Of a stretch of DNA of 64,000 bases, positions 11,040-21,420 are shown one piece after another (the stretch's first letter is position 1; each line of letters begins with the position of its first letter). Source of the stretch: Haplodiscus bocki (lineage: Eukaryota); assembly GCA_965655095.1 (NCBI GenBank), contig OZ296654.1, positions 71,920,001 to 71,984,000 on the forward strand. The letters run 5' to 3'. The position numbers and the translations under genes are program-made. Under the pieces are notes generated by a model, which saw nothing but the letters and a program-made list of their open reading frames with translations, was not told the DNA's origin and did not search any database.

Positions 11040-11739
11040 TCAACTGTATAAAAATCCGGTAAACTCATTGCATAAGTTCAGGTACAGTTGATCTGTTGAA
11101 CAGTAGAACAACGAAGGCTCGTCACCAGAACACTGGGAATAGTACCTCACTGTTTTACTACTTCTCACGTCTAAATCAATCATCAAATGACCGAAGGGTT
11201 TGCGAGTAGCTCTTTTATATGCTTCCATTGCGAGGTGTCGGTCACCTAATTGACGTCCCAAAATACCAATCTGCTCCGAGTCTCTTGGGCTATTGAAGAG
11301 GATAATCTGCGTGACATTCAAGTCGATTGTTTTTGAACCTTTTGTCTGTTGAAAAAGATTGTGTCTTAAAACCACCAAATGGATGTTGCGATGTCGACCG
11401 GCAATAACTAGTGTTAGAAATTCTTTGCTTTTTGCCGCTTCTTCGAATAAATCATCCACAACTAACAAGATCCGTTTCTTCTGCGCTTAAACTTTTTCCA
11501 AAGACTTCCATTCTAATCCTTGAATAAATACAATATCAACATATGTTGACTCGGAATTAATTAAAATAGTTCCATAATGTTCTTGATAATGGTAATAAAA
11601 GTAGATAATTTTGTCGAAGCTCGGTGAAAATTTTTGCCTGTTTGACAATCATACGCCCAATCAGTCTGCTTTTCCCCGATCCAGCAGGTTCCACAACAGA
11701 AACGAAGCAGTGAGGTTGGGTACTAATTCGCTTGTTCAT
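11040..11739 (-). pseudogene. A32/FtsK-like DNA packaging ATPase, frameshifted
   Basis: Walker A (E)PAGSGKS, Walker B LLVVDDL, AGRHRNIHLVVLRHNLFQQ, IDLNVTQIILFNSPRD, and KPFGHLMIDL. Confidence 0.93.
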
Positions 11740-11805
11740 TACTTTGGAGTGGGTGAAATATGACCTGAGCAAGCTCACAAGAGAGCTAGTATCCCTGATG
11801 CGAAT

Positions 11806-12159
11806 CTATTGTCCGCCTCGCAAAATGTGAGGAAAGTTATACAAAAAAATGACAAGAATCAAAATAACTAAGTGATGACTTATTATTACGAGTGAAGACC
11901 GATCGAGCTTTAAATCGTCACCGCCGCAAAGATTTACACAAAATGGTGGTCGCTCCTGATCATTTCCATCAAAAACAAGGCGATCGATATTACATTGAGA
12001 AATGTTTGCGAAATCAGGTTCATCCACCACCTGTTGTTCTTGATCTACACAAAGCTCACTGTAATAACCACAGGAACGCTTCGAGTCGACGTCTTGCAGG
12101 GCAAACAGATTGTTCGCTGGAAACGTTGCCTGTGCTGGAGAAACCCAACCGTTTTCCAC
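11806..12159 (-). CDS. Polinton accessory ORF, hypothetical, with a C-terminal hydrophobic helix
   Basis: 117-aa ORF co-oriented in the cluster, ending ...LVIISHHLVILILVIFLYNF. Confidence 0.35.
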   Translation of the reverse strand: MENGWVSPAQATFPANNLFALQDVDSKRSCGYYSELCVDQEQQVVDEPDFANISQCNIDRLVFDGNDQERPPFCVNLCGGDDLKLDRSSLVIISHHLVILILVIFLYNFPHILRGGQ

Positions 12160-12178
12160 TTCGAATAAATTGGAATGG

Positions 12179-12585
12179 TTAAAACGGAAAGTTATCGAAA
12201 TAATCAGGCTTCAAAAATTTCATAAACGTCCAAAATAAAATTCCCGAAAAATGACCCAAGAGCATGCTGTTTTTGGAATACTTTTCATCAGATGAGGTAT
12301 AAACATAACCAGGTCCCACGTTGTTGACACTCCTCATATAACCATAAGCATCATGAAAAACTGCATGCATTCGTAAAAATTTGAAAACTTTAAGTAGTTG
12401 TGCAGAAGGCTGTCGCCTGCTCCGGAATTGCCACCAAAAGATGCCCTGGAATTAACTTCATTGAAATCTATTGTTTTGTCTACATAGAGACAAACTGCAA
12501 GAAAAGCGTTTTTAAATGTTGTGTTTTTTGGGAACCAGTATGTTACTTTCACAAAGTTTTCGCAAATGTCCTTCGAAGAAAACAT
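12179..12585 (-). pseudogene. Putative phospholipase A2-like accessory protein, frameshifted at ~12365
   Basis: The joined ORFs give SFGGNSGAGDS...CMHAVFHDAYGYMRSVNNVGPGYVY...LLGHFSGILFW, a Gly-rich loop followed by an HD-x-Y helix. Confidence 0.5.
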
Positions 12586-12636
12586 TTAAGTAAGCAAGTT
12601 TGAATTAGGAGAAGCGTCTGTCTCAGAACAAAACTT

Positions 12637-13372
12637 TTACAAAAATGATGTATCAATAATTGTGTCTTCATCACAAACAGAAAAAAGCTGCAAAGCGTAG
12701 TTGTTGCCTTCTTGAGCCGTCGAACGGATGATTTGAAGTGGCTGAGTCATACATTCGAAACACGTGCATTGAGCATTTGTTACCCCCAAATCAATATTCA
12801 ATGTCCGGCTGTGCGCAGTCACGTAAAATCGCCCTCATCCTTTCTGAAGAAGATCAATGTATGACAATATGCTGTCTTTGAAAGGTGCATCTGAACTTTC
12901 AAGCTCGAGCAGACGTTGAAAGAGAAACAATGCTTTCTCTGACCCAACGGATGCGCCCAGTGAATTGTGTTTTTCGTACTCCCACACACTTTTGAATTGG
13001 CAACCAAGTCCTCCTGTGGGCTTTTGATTCATGAGGGACTTCATCTTCTCGCCTCTTACTGAAATGGCACTGGCGGCCGATTTGTTGTTTGTTTCTGCTC
13101 TGAGAAAGTTTTCCGGATATGACTGTCATCAATTTTACATGCGAATTGTTTGTTGTCGATAGAACTTGAAGACTAGTCTGCTTCAGAAAAGTTTCCACTT
13201 CAGCACAATCAGGAAGATAAAGCAGAGTATGATGATGGTTCGAGGGCATCGTTTGGCAAATTTCTTCCAATTGCCCGCAGCTGAATTCACTCTGAAGGTG
13301 TTCTCGGCTTAAATATTGAGCGTTGTGCGAGCACATGAGAATTTGTAGAGCATTGCACAGACTGGGAGGCAT
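12637..13372 (-). pseudogene. Unidentified Polinton accessory ORFs (fragmented)
   Basis: Overlapping minus-strand ORFs 12899-13372, 12835-13044 and 12637-12822 are co-oriented with the cluster but show no recognisable motif. Confidence 0.3.
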
Positions 13373-13634
13373 CGAATCAGGAAACGTATTTCGTGTGGTT
13401 TCAAAAGCTTCTCAATAGTGGTAGTTTCGTCCGTATGAAATAGGTGCAACTAAAAGTTCGACGGAACTTCTCTGAAAACAGATGTCATTTGTTTCAACTA
13501 GCGAATATTTTCAGCAACTGATTGTGGTATTAAGTCTTTGCAAAATGAAGCGTCTCACAGTTGTTATCTCACCTACCTCTTAATAAGGAATTTTCCATTC
13601 GGTCTCTAGGAGTTTTCCATGAAAATGGAAGAAA

Positions 13635-13709
13635 AGCACACTTGGCACAGTCACGATCTTTGATAAGTCCCTGTTTGCAACTAGTCCACGTGAGTGTGCC
13701 AAGTGTGCT
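13635..13709. repeat. 21-bp-arm inverted repeat (hairpin) at the presumed Polinton terminus
   Basis: AGCACACTTGGCACAGTCACG (13635-13655) pairs with CGTGAGTGTGCCAAGTGTGCT (13689-13709) at 20 of 21 positions, with a 33-nt loop. Confidence 0.85.
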
Positions 13710-15117
13710 AGCAACCTGTACTGTATGAACGCGATACTGCTGTTACTGTTTTCCTAGGTTTTCCTTTTGGATTGAATTCAACACTTATCGAATGCTCGAG
13801 AAAAAATTTATTTTACGATGTTGGTGCTTCATGCTTTGGAAGGTTAATTTAGCATCATTTAATCTTTTCTCACGGGGTCCAATGAATAAATTCCACTCTC
13901 TGAATCGACAAAGTCTCGAGAGTGAATTATTTCACTCTTTGTAGAACCAGTTGTCACAGTTTGACTGATGAACAATAGAAAATTTGCTTTGTCAACGAAT
14001 TTTCACGGTTGGTTTACTTACTGTGTACTTAGTCAACAAAATTCAGTTTCGGTTGAATTTGTAATTTGACCTTTTTGACTTAGAAAATTTTCGGTTTGGG
14101 AGTCAAAAATTGCAGCAAACCCCCTCCCCTCCTTCCTTTACTACTAACATTTAACCAATGAGATACTTTGAAAGTCAGAATGTAAGTAAAATCGGCAAGT
14201 AAATGTTAAAAACGCGCGCATGCACAAGAGGATTTTCATTCCATATTATAAATTTGACGAAAAAAAAGGAAAAGAGTATACCAAAAACTACTGGTAGGTA
14301 GCCAGTAGGCGTCACGGTATTACGACGATAACTACTGATTGAACAATCAAACAGAAATAATGTAACAAAATTAATTTCGAATAAATTATACAAGTTTCAC
14401 AAATACAGGTAGCAGTTAATTCGCTCAAAATATCAAACAGACGCGCAAGACCGGCCCGAAAAAAGGCCACAAGAGCAAGAGAGCAAATGAATAAATTTTG
14501 CAAGGACACGAGAGCGAACGAACAAAAACTAGGAACAGTAGTACCTAGGAACAAATGCGAACTGGAAGCAGATCACAGTAGGCAGCGAAAGAAGTCCGCA
14601 AAACCCGGTGATATACAACTTGCCTCCACTACTGTAATGATTACACTACTTCGACGTCTCAGACGATGGTTGGTAGCTCGAAAAAGCGAAAAAATAAACA
14701 GAATCAATGGATGAGCCTGGTTTTTATTAGCTGACCAGGAAGGAACCAGTATCTGTGATCAAATTTTCGAACGATACATTTAATTGCGTAATAAACGATA
14801 ACAACTGAAAACAACAATTGTCGTCAGAAAGAAGTCTTGAAAGTATATGCATTATATCCATTTCTATCTACAAATGCAAGATATACACAAAAAGGGGGAT
14901 AGCTTGCAGACTCCCATAAAACACTAAGCATTTTTCGAGAAAAATTTTTGATGTGATTAAGAGTTTGGGAAACTAGCTAAATTCGCTACTTTCAGAAAAT
15001 TTTTTCTTTTGCTCCCAAAGCCAACCTTTTCATCAACAAAAGCATCAAGTATGAAAGAGTATGGGCTAATGTTCTGAAGAGTTTCTTCAAGCTCCAATCT
15101 TGACAGAGAAACTACAT

Positions 15118-15220
15118 AGAGCCTGCGGCGGCACCGAACAAAGACTCGAGTTCAGGCCACTCCCTCATCTTTGGTCAAACCTAGGAACTTCTGTCAGTTG
15201 CGAATGGTGTAACGGCTGAC
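15118..15220 (+). mobile_element. tRNA-derived SINE fragment (same family as 61556-61680)
   Basis: Shares GGCCAC.CCCT..TCTTTGGTCAAA..CTAGGAACTT.TGTCAGTTG.GAA.GG with the 61.6-kb copy. Confidence 0.6.
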
Positions 15221-16099
15221 CCAAATCTTAACAACAGATTCAAGCTTGTGCCGGTTCTCGGTTTGTCCTGCTTTCCACTAGCAAAACAGGATTGTGGAGA
15301 TTCAAAGGACTGCATCTTCCAATTGTTTCCGATTGATTCTGAAACAGCTCCATTAGATAAGAATCGTCAAAGTAAGGAATAGCTACCTCAAAAACTTCTT
15401 CGGACTGGAAAATCTTGGTGAAAATAGTCCCAACTATGACTACATTGTCTTTAGCACCGATTGTAGAAAGTTGACCGATTTAAATCTCAAGTTAACTATC
15501 AACCGATCACTAGCGTTATTCAAAACTGGTCTAACCAACTATTAGAACATACTGTTTACATAGCAGACAGCAAAAAAAATTGAAATTATAAAGCGTGAAT
15601 AACAGGTGGATTGGTGGCGACCAACATGTAAATTAGCAAGTGGCTGCCAAAAAGTAGTAGGTGGAGGTAAAACACTTCATGAAGGAATACACATGACATT
15701 CAGGAAATGCTCAGAATACCGAAATCCATCTCATTGAATTTCAAAGTAATTTACTCAAATAAAAAGATACCGCAAAAGAGTAAATTGCAACCCAACAAGC
15801 ACAATAGATGCGGAACCACATGAGTTAAGTGGGTGCGGCGTGAACGATAGCTTTACAGGGTCACAAGGCACAGGAAACAAAAAATCACGCTAAAAACACC
15901 AAATTTGCACAATAAATCTCAAGAATATAGCAAATTCGTTCAGTGTAAAGCATTGACTACTGGTAAAATGGGTCGGTATGACAAATATCAGGAATCTTGA
16001 ATTAAAACCGGTCTAATTAATATTTTTAAAGTATGAATTAAGCAATAAAGAGATGAGGAAATGGATGAAATCCATTAAAACTTGACAGAAGACATAATT

Positions 16100-18050
16100 C
16101 TAAAAGGACGCGGTTGAGGAAGATTTTAAAATTTTGAAAAGCAGATTTAGTTTTCGAATGTCTCGGCCGATGCACCATGTTGAAGACGGGTTTGTATAGA
16201 AATCTTAGCACAAAATGACATTTTGACTTTGAGATATAGCATTCTGAAGGTCAGTATAGGATTAGAACCGAGTTTCACTAATCTGACAGGTTAAGGGGTG
16301 AAAATGCTAGAAGTCAGCGAATTGAATTTCTCACATGCGAGGCAAATGTTAGGGCCTCATGTGGGGTCAATTCAAAAGATGAAACAATTTTACTAAGTTC
16401 GACAAGTTTTCAAGTTTTGGGATTTTCCAAGTCTCTGGCGTCAACGAATGGATAGGACAAAAGAATTAGGACTGTGTTATAAGAATTGCTATCCCAAGTG
16501 CAAAAAGTTCAAAATGTGAACAGGAACCCTTATTTTGCGAAGTCTCAACATAATCAAGACTTTAATCGCCGATATGGACCGAGAGTCAGGGAGTTTTGAA
16601 TTTTCCAACAGAGTTAGTGGTTTTTCGGTAGATTCGCCAACAAAGAAGTCCCTTGAAACCCGATTTTGTACCCAAAGAACTACCTAACAGACTATCCATA
16701 ATATTCCAATACATTTTCCGAAAGCGGGGATGATGAGTCAACAACGGAGGGCTCCCATCAAACAGAGGGAGGGAAATCGATAAAAACATATTTGACAAGA
16801 AGACGCAACTGAGTAGTTTCTGGACTAAAATTTGCAAGTGAGGGGTTTTCATCCAAAACGAACCCCATTTCTGCCAAACAAAAATGAAGTTAGTTTCAGG
16901 AAATACCATGAAACTGGCAAGTGTGACTGAGCAGAGGATAATGTTCGGATGATGTCGAAATCGTGACTTTTGAGCCAAATGAGAAACTCTATTGGGAATA
17001 CGGCCACAAACATGCATTTTCAAAACCTATTTCAGACATCTACTCCTCAAAACCATTGAACAGTCTACCCACTCCTCGCCCAATTATCACACTCAGTGCT
17101 TTGATGAATGGCTAGTGGATAGCTTCATTCTAAATGATGGACGTTGAGTAAAAATTCATTGAAAATAGACGGCACGGAAAAATCTCTTTATTCAAAATAG
17201 AAAGATACTTCTCGCACTTACGACTCTTAATCTTGCAATATCTTTGTATCACAGCCCTTTTTGACTCAATAAGCGTGAGAGAGCCGTACACGGCGTTCTT
17301 ATGGGATCACGTGAGATTTTCACCAAAAATGGGCAAGAAAAAGTGGTGTTCTCGAAAGTTTTGATCACAAAAAGCACCGCAAAACCGGTGTTGTAAACTG
17401 AAAGAATAGTGAAGTAGGCCATTCGTTGACGCATGTTTTTCCAGTTTGTTGATTGATGCATGAGGACTGTATTGCTTCAAAAAATGATGCACCTTCAGAA
17501 AATCAAACTTGAAAAAAAGAACCCAAAATTCAAGTTACATGTTTGGATCCTTCTCCGATTGAAAACACTAGATCTTGTAAGAAATACTTAAAATGTTTTT
17601 AAAACTATCATATAAGTGATTATTATGACTGAGCACACGAAAGTGTTCAAACGATGTCAAAAACGTAACTTTTTGACTAAAAGTATGTATTTTTCGGGCA
17701 TTTCGGCGGCAAAGAAGCACCATACAGACCGATTTCAAACCTAAAGAACAGAACTGTGGAACTGGTCATCCATTAACTCACTGTTTTTTCCATTTGGCGG
17801 GTTGACGAATGAGCACTTGATGGCTTCAATCAAAACGATGTACTGTGAGAAAAACATATTTGAAAGAAGACACCACTGAAAAATTCGCGAAATTAAAGTC
17901 ACGAGTGTAATTCTCGCACCAAGAACCCCATATCTTGCACGAAATTAATTATTTCTCCAGAAACTTTTTAAATTAATGGTTGTGACATAGTGAAAAAGTA
18001 TTCGGCCGTTTTGTCCAAAAAGCATATTTAAAATCGAATTTGGCTCTCCT
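16100..18050. repeat. Highly degenerate tandem repeat, period ~355 bp
   Basis: A related block (AAAACATATTTGA.AAGAAGAC...ACTGA...TTCTCGCAC...ATCTTGCA...TGACTGAGCA) recurs near 16783, 17150, 17500 and 17851. Confidence 0.45.
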
Positions 18051-18653
18051 TAATCCTTAATACGGAAATTAATCGGCAAAAAATTCCGAGGCCAGAAACG
18101 AGCTCATGGAGGAGGCAGAATTCATCTCACCACACATCTTGCGCGCATTGTGAACGCTACAACAAAAAACGCGGGTCAACCATAAGCTGCCGCTTGCCAG
18201 CTTAAAAAAAAAACAATTTAAGTGCAATAACTTTTCTACTGGTGCAAAACACGCCCAAAGATTAGATTCATTCGGCTATAAAGTTGAAGATAATCAGAAC
18301 TATTGCTGGTATAATCGCAGTTCGTTGGTGTAAAGGACGCAAGTAGTTTGGTTTCTAATTTTTAGCCCGTAATGTAGACAGACCGTACGCGCGACTTCTA
18401 TAGCCCTAGAAAAACAAAACGAGCTGAACGCGTTCCAGTCCTGCTGATATGAAACAGCTTCATGAATATACTTGAAAAATTTTCAAATACTGTGTCAAGA
18501 TCATTTATGATCAGGCCATACAAAGCAGGAAGATGACCTGGATGTACCCTTTCTCCAATAATTATCTTGATAAGTAGTATTTGAAAAAATTGTGAAGCAA
18601 AATTCATGAAGATAATCTTGACTTTATGTAAAGCAGCATAACTCATCACTTAC

Positions 18654-18720
18654 CGTAGATGCTGTCTCGAACATACACGAACGTGTTCAACACTTTATCA
18701 TCAAAAGTTGCGAAGATGTT
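18654..18720 (-). CDS. WDR19: WDR19/IFT144 internal exon (NIFATFDDKVLNTFVYVRDSIY-G)
   Basis: 67-bp exon with ttttcAG acceptor and GTaagt donor (phase 1). It matches the vertebrate segment [23 protein letters not shown] and is in frame with the previous exon. Confidence 0.9.
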
Positions 18721-19346
18721 CTGAAAACAAAACACCAAGTGTTGTAACCAATAAATGATCTCCAATATTTTAGTTCATAATATACTGAGAAATTACTCCT
18801 TCGTGAGTTGTTTTTTTTTGTGGAGATCGGTTTGAATGCCTCAAATGATTTCAAATCTTCTACATTTTGTATGATTAATAACGCTTCTAAACAATGAAAG
18901 AAAAGTTATTTTAATCGCCTAATTGTTAAGTTAATATTACGTGTACGTGTAAGGCAACATTAGCAGACACAATCCTTTTGGCAACAAAGTTTTCGAATGT
19001 CTGTACATACACTTGGTCGGATTTCTCTTTCAAGCGAATTTATGACATCATAATATTTTCCAGTCCATAAAATTTTGCATATTATCAACTGTGTTGCAGG
19101 CACAAGAACCAAATAAAAGTGACACCCACAAGAAAATACTTCATCCACGAAATTTTTCTTGGTGCGCGAACTGTAAGACGACTCATACATACATCTTTTG
19201 AGGTTAATGCCTAAACTTTAAGACAACTTCTTCCACGTATATTTATTTACCAACTTTATCCAATTAAGAATAAACTTTGATGCAACCGTGATCTCCAGCT
19301 ACATTGAAGGGCCAGTTGCCGTACACCCTTTGACATTTTTGAATTC

Positions 19347-19775
19347 TTTTTTCCCGCCCCATATTTCATAAATGAAAGGAAAACAATTCATTCACCATAA
19401 AATTTTTTGTTACACGGAATCTGCTCTGCCAGTTGCACGATAAAGCAAAAATTGCACGCTCAAAATTGTGTAATTTGTTCCAAATTTGCCGTAAAATGTG
19501 TCTCAAAAAAATCATATTTTTAGCCACAATTTTTTAAAGAAATAAATCGAAAAAAACCTAAGTTTCCAAGTGATTTTTTCTTAAAAGGAAAAGACGCCCA
19601 ATTTTTCACAGAATGTATATTTAAACGTGGAGTTTCACAAAAACGGTTTTAAAAAGGAAATCTCAGTTTATTTTTAGGAAGTTTTGGTGAAACATGCACT
19701 TTATTTTCCCCTCTTGAACACGTTTTTAGTAATTTGGGGGGCGGAAAAATTAACCGAATTACCGGGCGTCTTGTT
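19347..19775 (+). mobile_element. Non-autonomous Helitron2/Helentron-like repeat, diverged copy
   Basis: 5' TTTTCCCGCCCC...ATGAAAGGAAAA and 3' GGGGCGGAAAAAT...ACCGGGCGTCTTGTT. Confidence 0.55.
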
Positions 19776-20216
19776 GGACTTCATGCTACTTATACCCCCA
19801 GCTGATATTTCATTTGAAAAAATGAAGATTCCTTAGAATTATTAGTCAAAATCTTCAATATCACGATCAAATGAATCCTTAAATACTCATTCTGAGGAAA
19901 GCAGTTGATTTAGTATAGTCAAATTGTTTTAGACAATTGGGAAGGGGGGATGACCAGTAAATTCAACTATTTAAATGCAATATTCCTTTCATTTTAAATA
20001 CGACAGTTCGCTTTCAATGCATAATATTGATGGTTAAAATCACCACTGTCGACATAAATTGGACGTTGTATTGACCTAATTAATTATACTCCACTAAAGG
20101 TATTTGGGGGGGTTATAAGTAGCATGGTCCGTCTTCTTAATTCTTGTCCACTTATGATACGCACAGAAGTTATGTTCTAAAGTAGCACTATTAAAATTAA
20201 CACTGCAAGCAGCAAC

Positions 20217-20447
20217 CTTGTCGGGCTCGAAGTTTTCCCACAGAAGACCCTCCACTCTGCTGGGAAAGTCTTCGACAGGCAGCATAGAGTCGTCTATGGG
20301 GCTGTAGACGAATGCCTGGTTGCTATCGTCCACTGCCACCAGTCTTATTCCAGTGATGTCCGGATATATCCTCTCAATCCCTTTGGAGTGCTGGAAGTGT
20401 GTGATTTCAGTCCAGTCTTCCAGAGAAAAGTAATTGATCGAGCCCTT
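20217..20447 (-). CDS. WDR19: WDR19/IFT144 internal exon (KGSINYFSLEDW...LLWENFEPDK)
   Basis: 231-bp phase-0 exon, tttcAG...GTtgct. It closely resembles vertebrate [52 protein letters not shown]...IKGVLWENWPMDK. Confidence 0.93.
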
Positions 20448-21420
20448 CTGAAAAGGAGACACAGCGAAAGGTTATGTGCAGATTTTGACTCAACAAAATG
20501 AACCAAAGGTAGCATAGTTAAATAAATCCTCTTCCACAAATAAATCCCAAAAATTTTGAACGAGGGCCACCCCGAGATTTTGAAAAGCTTCGTCTCAAGA
20601 AAAAATTCGGTCTATTTAATGAACGGTATCACCATTTCAGTCAAAAAAGTGACGTTAACATGAGTTGATAAGTGTTTTCTGTTTCAGGAAAGTCGCCTCC
20701 TAACGTCTCGTCAAAGCTTTCTCTTGGCGCTAAAAATAGATTCAATGATTTATTTTAACAATTAATTCTCAGCGGTACGCACTGAGTGACCGTGTCGTCT
20801 TTTTCTGAAGATCCCTCACAGAATTTGCCGGTACTCTTCAGACGGAGAACTTAACGCCGTTCTTCTAGCATTTATTCAAGATGCAAGAGATTCCACAAAA
20901 AATTTCAACACTTCAACGTTATCTAGTCTACCTGGGCCTGATAAATACTGCATGAATTGCGAAGTCAGTGACCAATTTCATTATTTTAACTATATTTTGT
21001 AGTCAGACTACCGGATTTTTTCAAAAACTACTAGTTAAACTTTTTGCAAAATTCAAGAACTTTCATTCGATGCATTAATCGAGTTGATAATTCTGACTAG
21101 AAGGCCTTCATTGGATCAAATCTTACAATAAATAGAAGAAGGCTGCTCTATTAACAAAATTATTAGCCTAAAGTTGTAATTACTTTCAATTAGTGGTCAT
21201 TAGCAGCGTTTGAGAAAACTTGGACAATTGTGCGTTTTAGAAGAAATAACATGCTAAAGATGGCCAGAGTCAACTGCCTCCCCCCCCCCCGTATATCTCA
21301 GATAATTAATTTGCGTTATACGCTTGAACTCTATTTATTCTTTTTCCGACCACACTTTCGGTTAAATCACACATGGCATACTTTGCTAGCAGTTTGTTTT
21401 ATTCCCTATCCTTAGAGATA

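Larger units (their letters stand above)
1..13722 (-). mobile_element. Polinton/Maverick (adintovirus-like endogenous DNA virus), decayed; one arm only, the other end and pPolB presumably lie left of the window
   Basis: Co-oriented, tightly packed and sometimes overlapping minus-strand genes for ATPase, rve integrase, minor capsid, basic core protein, major capsid and cysteine protease, the diagnostic Polinton set. Most of these genes carry stops or frameshifts. The right boundary is inferred from a hairpin at 13635-13709 and a 5'-AGT-type end at 13722. Confidence 0.93.

Noticed and set aside
18398-18649. ORF ...VHPGHLPALYG as the next WDR19 exon
   Set aside because: The resemblance is superficial. 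It begins inside the donor site and I found no acceptor giving the required phase-1 frame.
20094-20462. 122-aa ORF as a stand-alone gene
   Set aside because: Only 20217-20447 matches WDR19 and it is bounded by AG/GT; the flanks are intron read-through.
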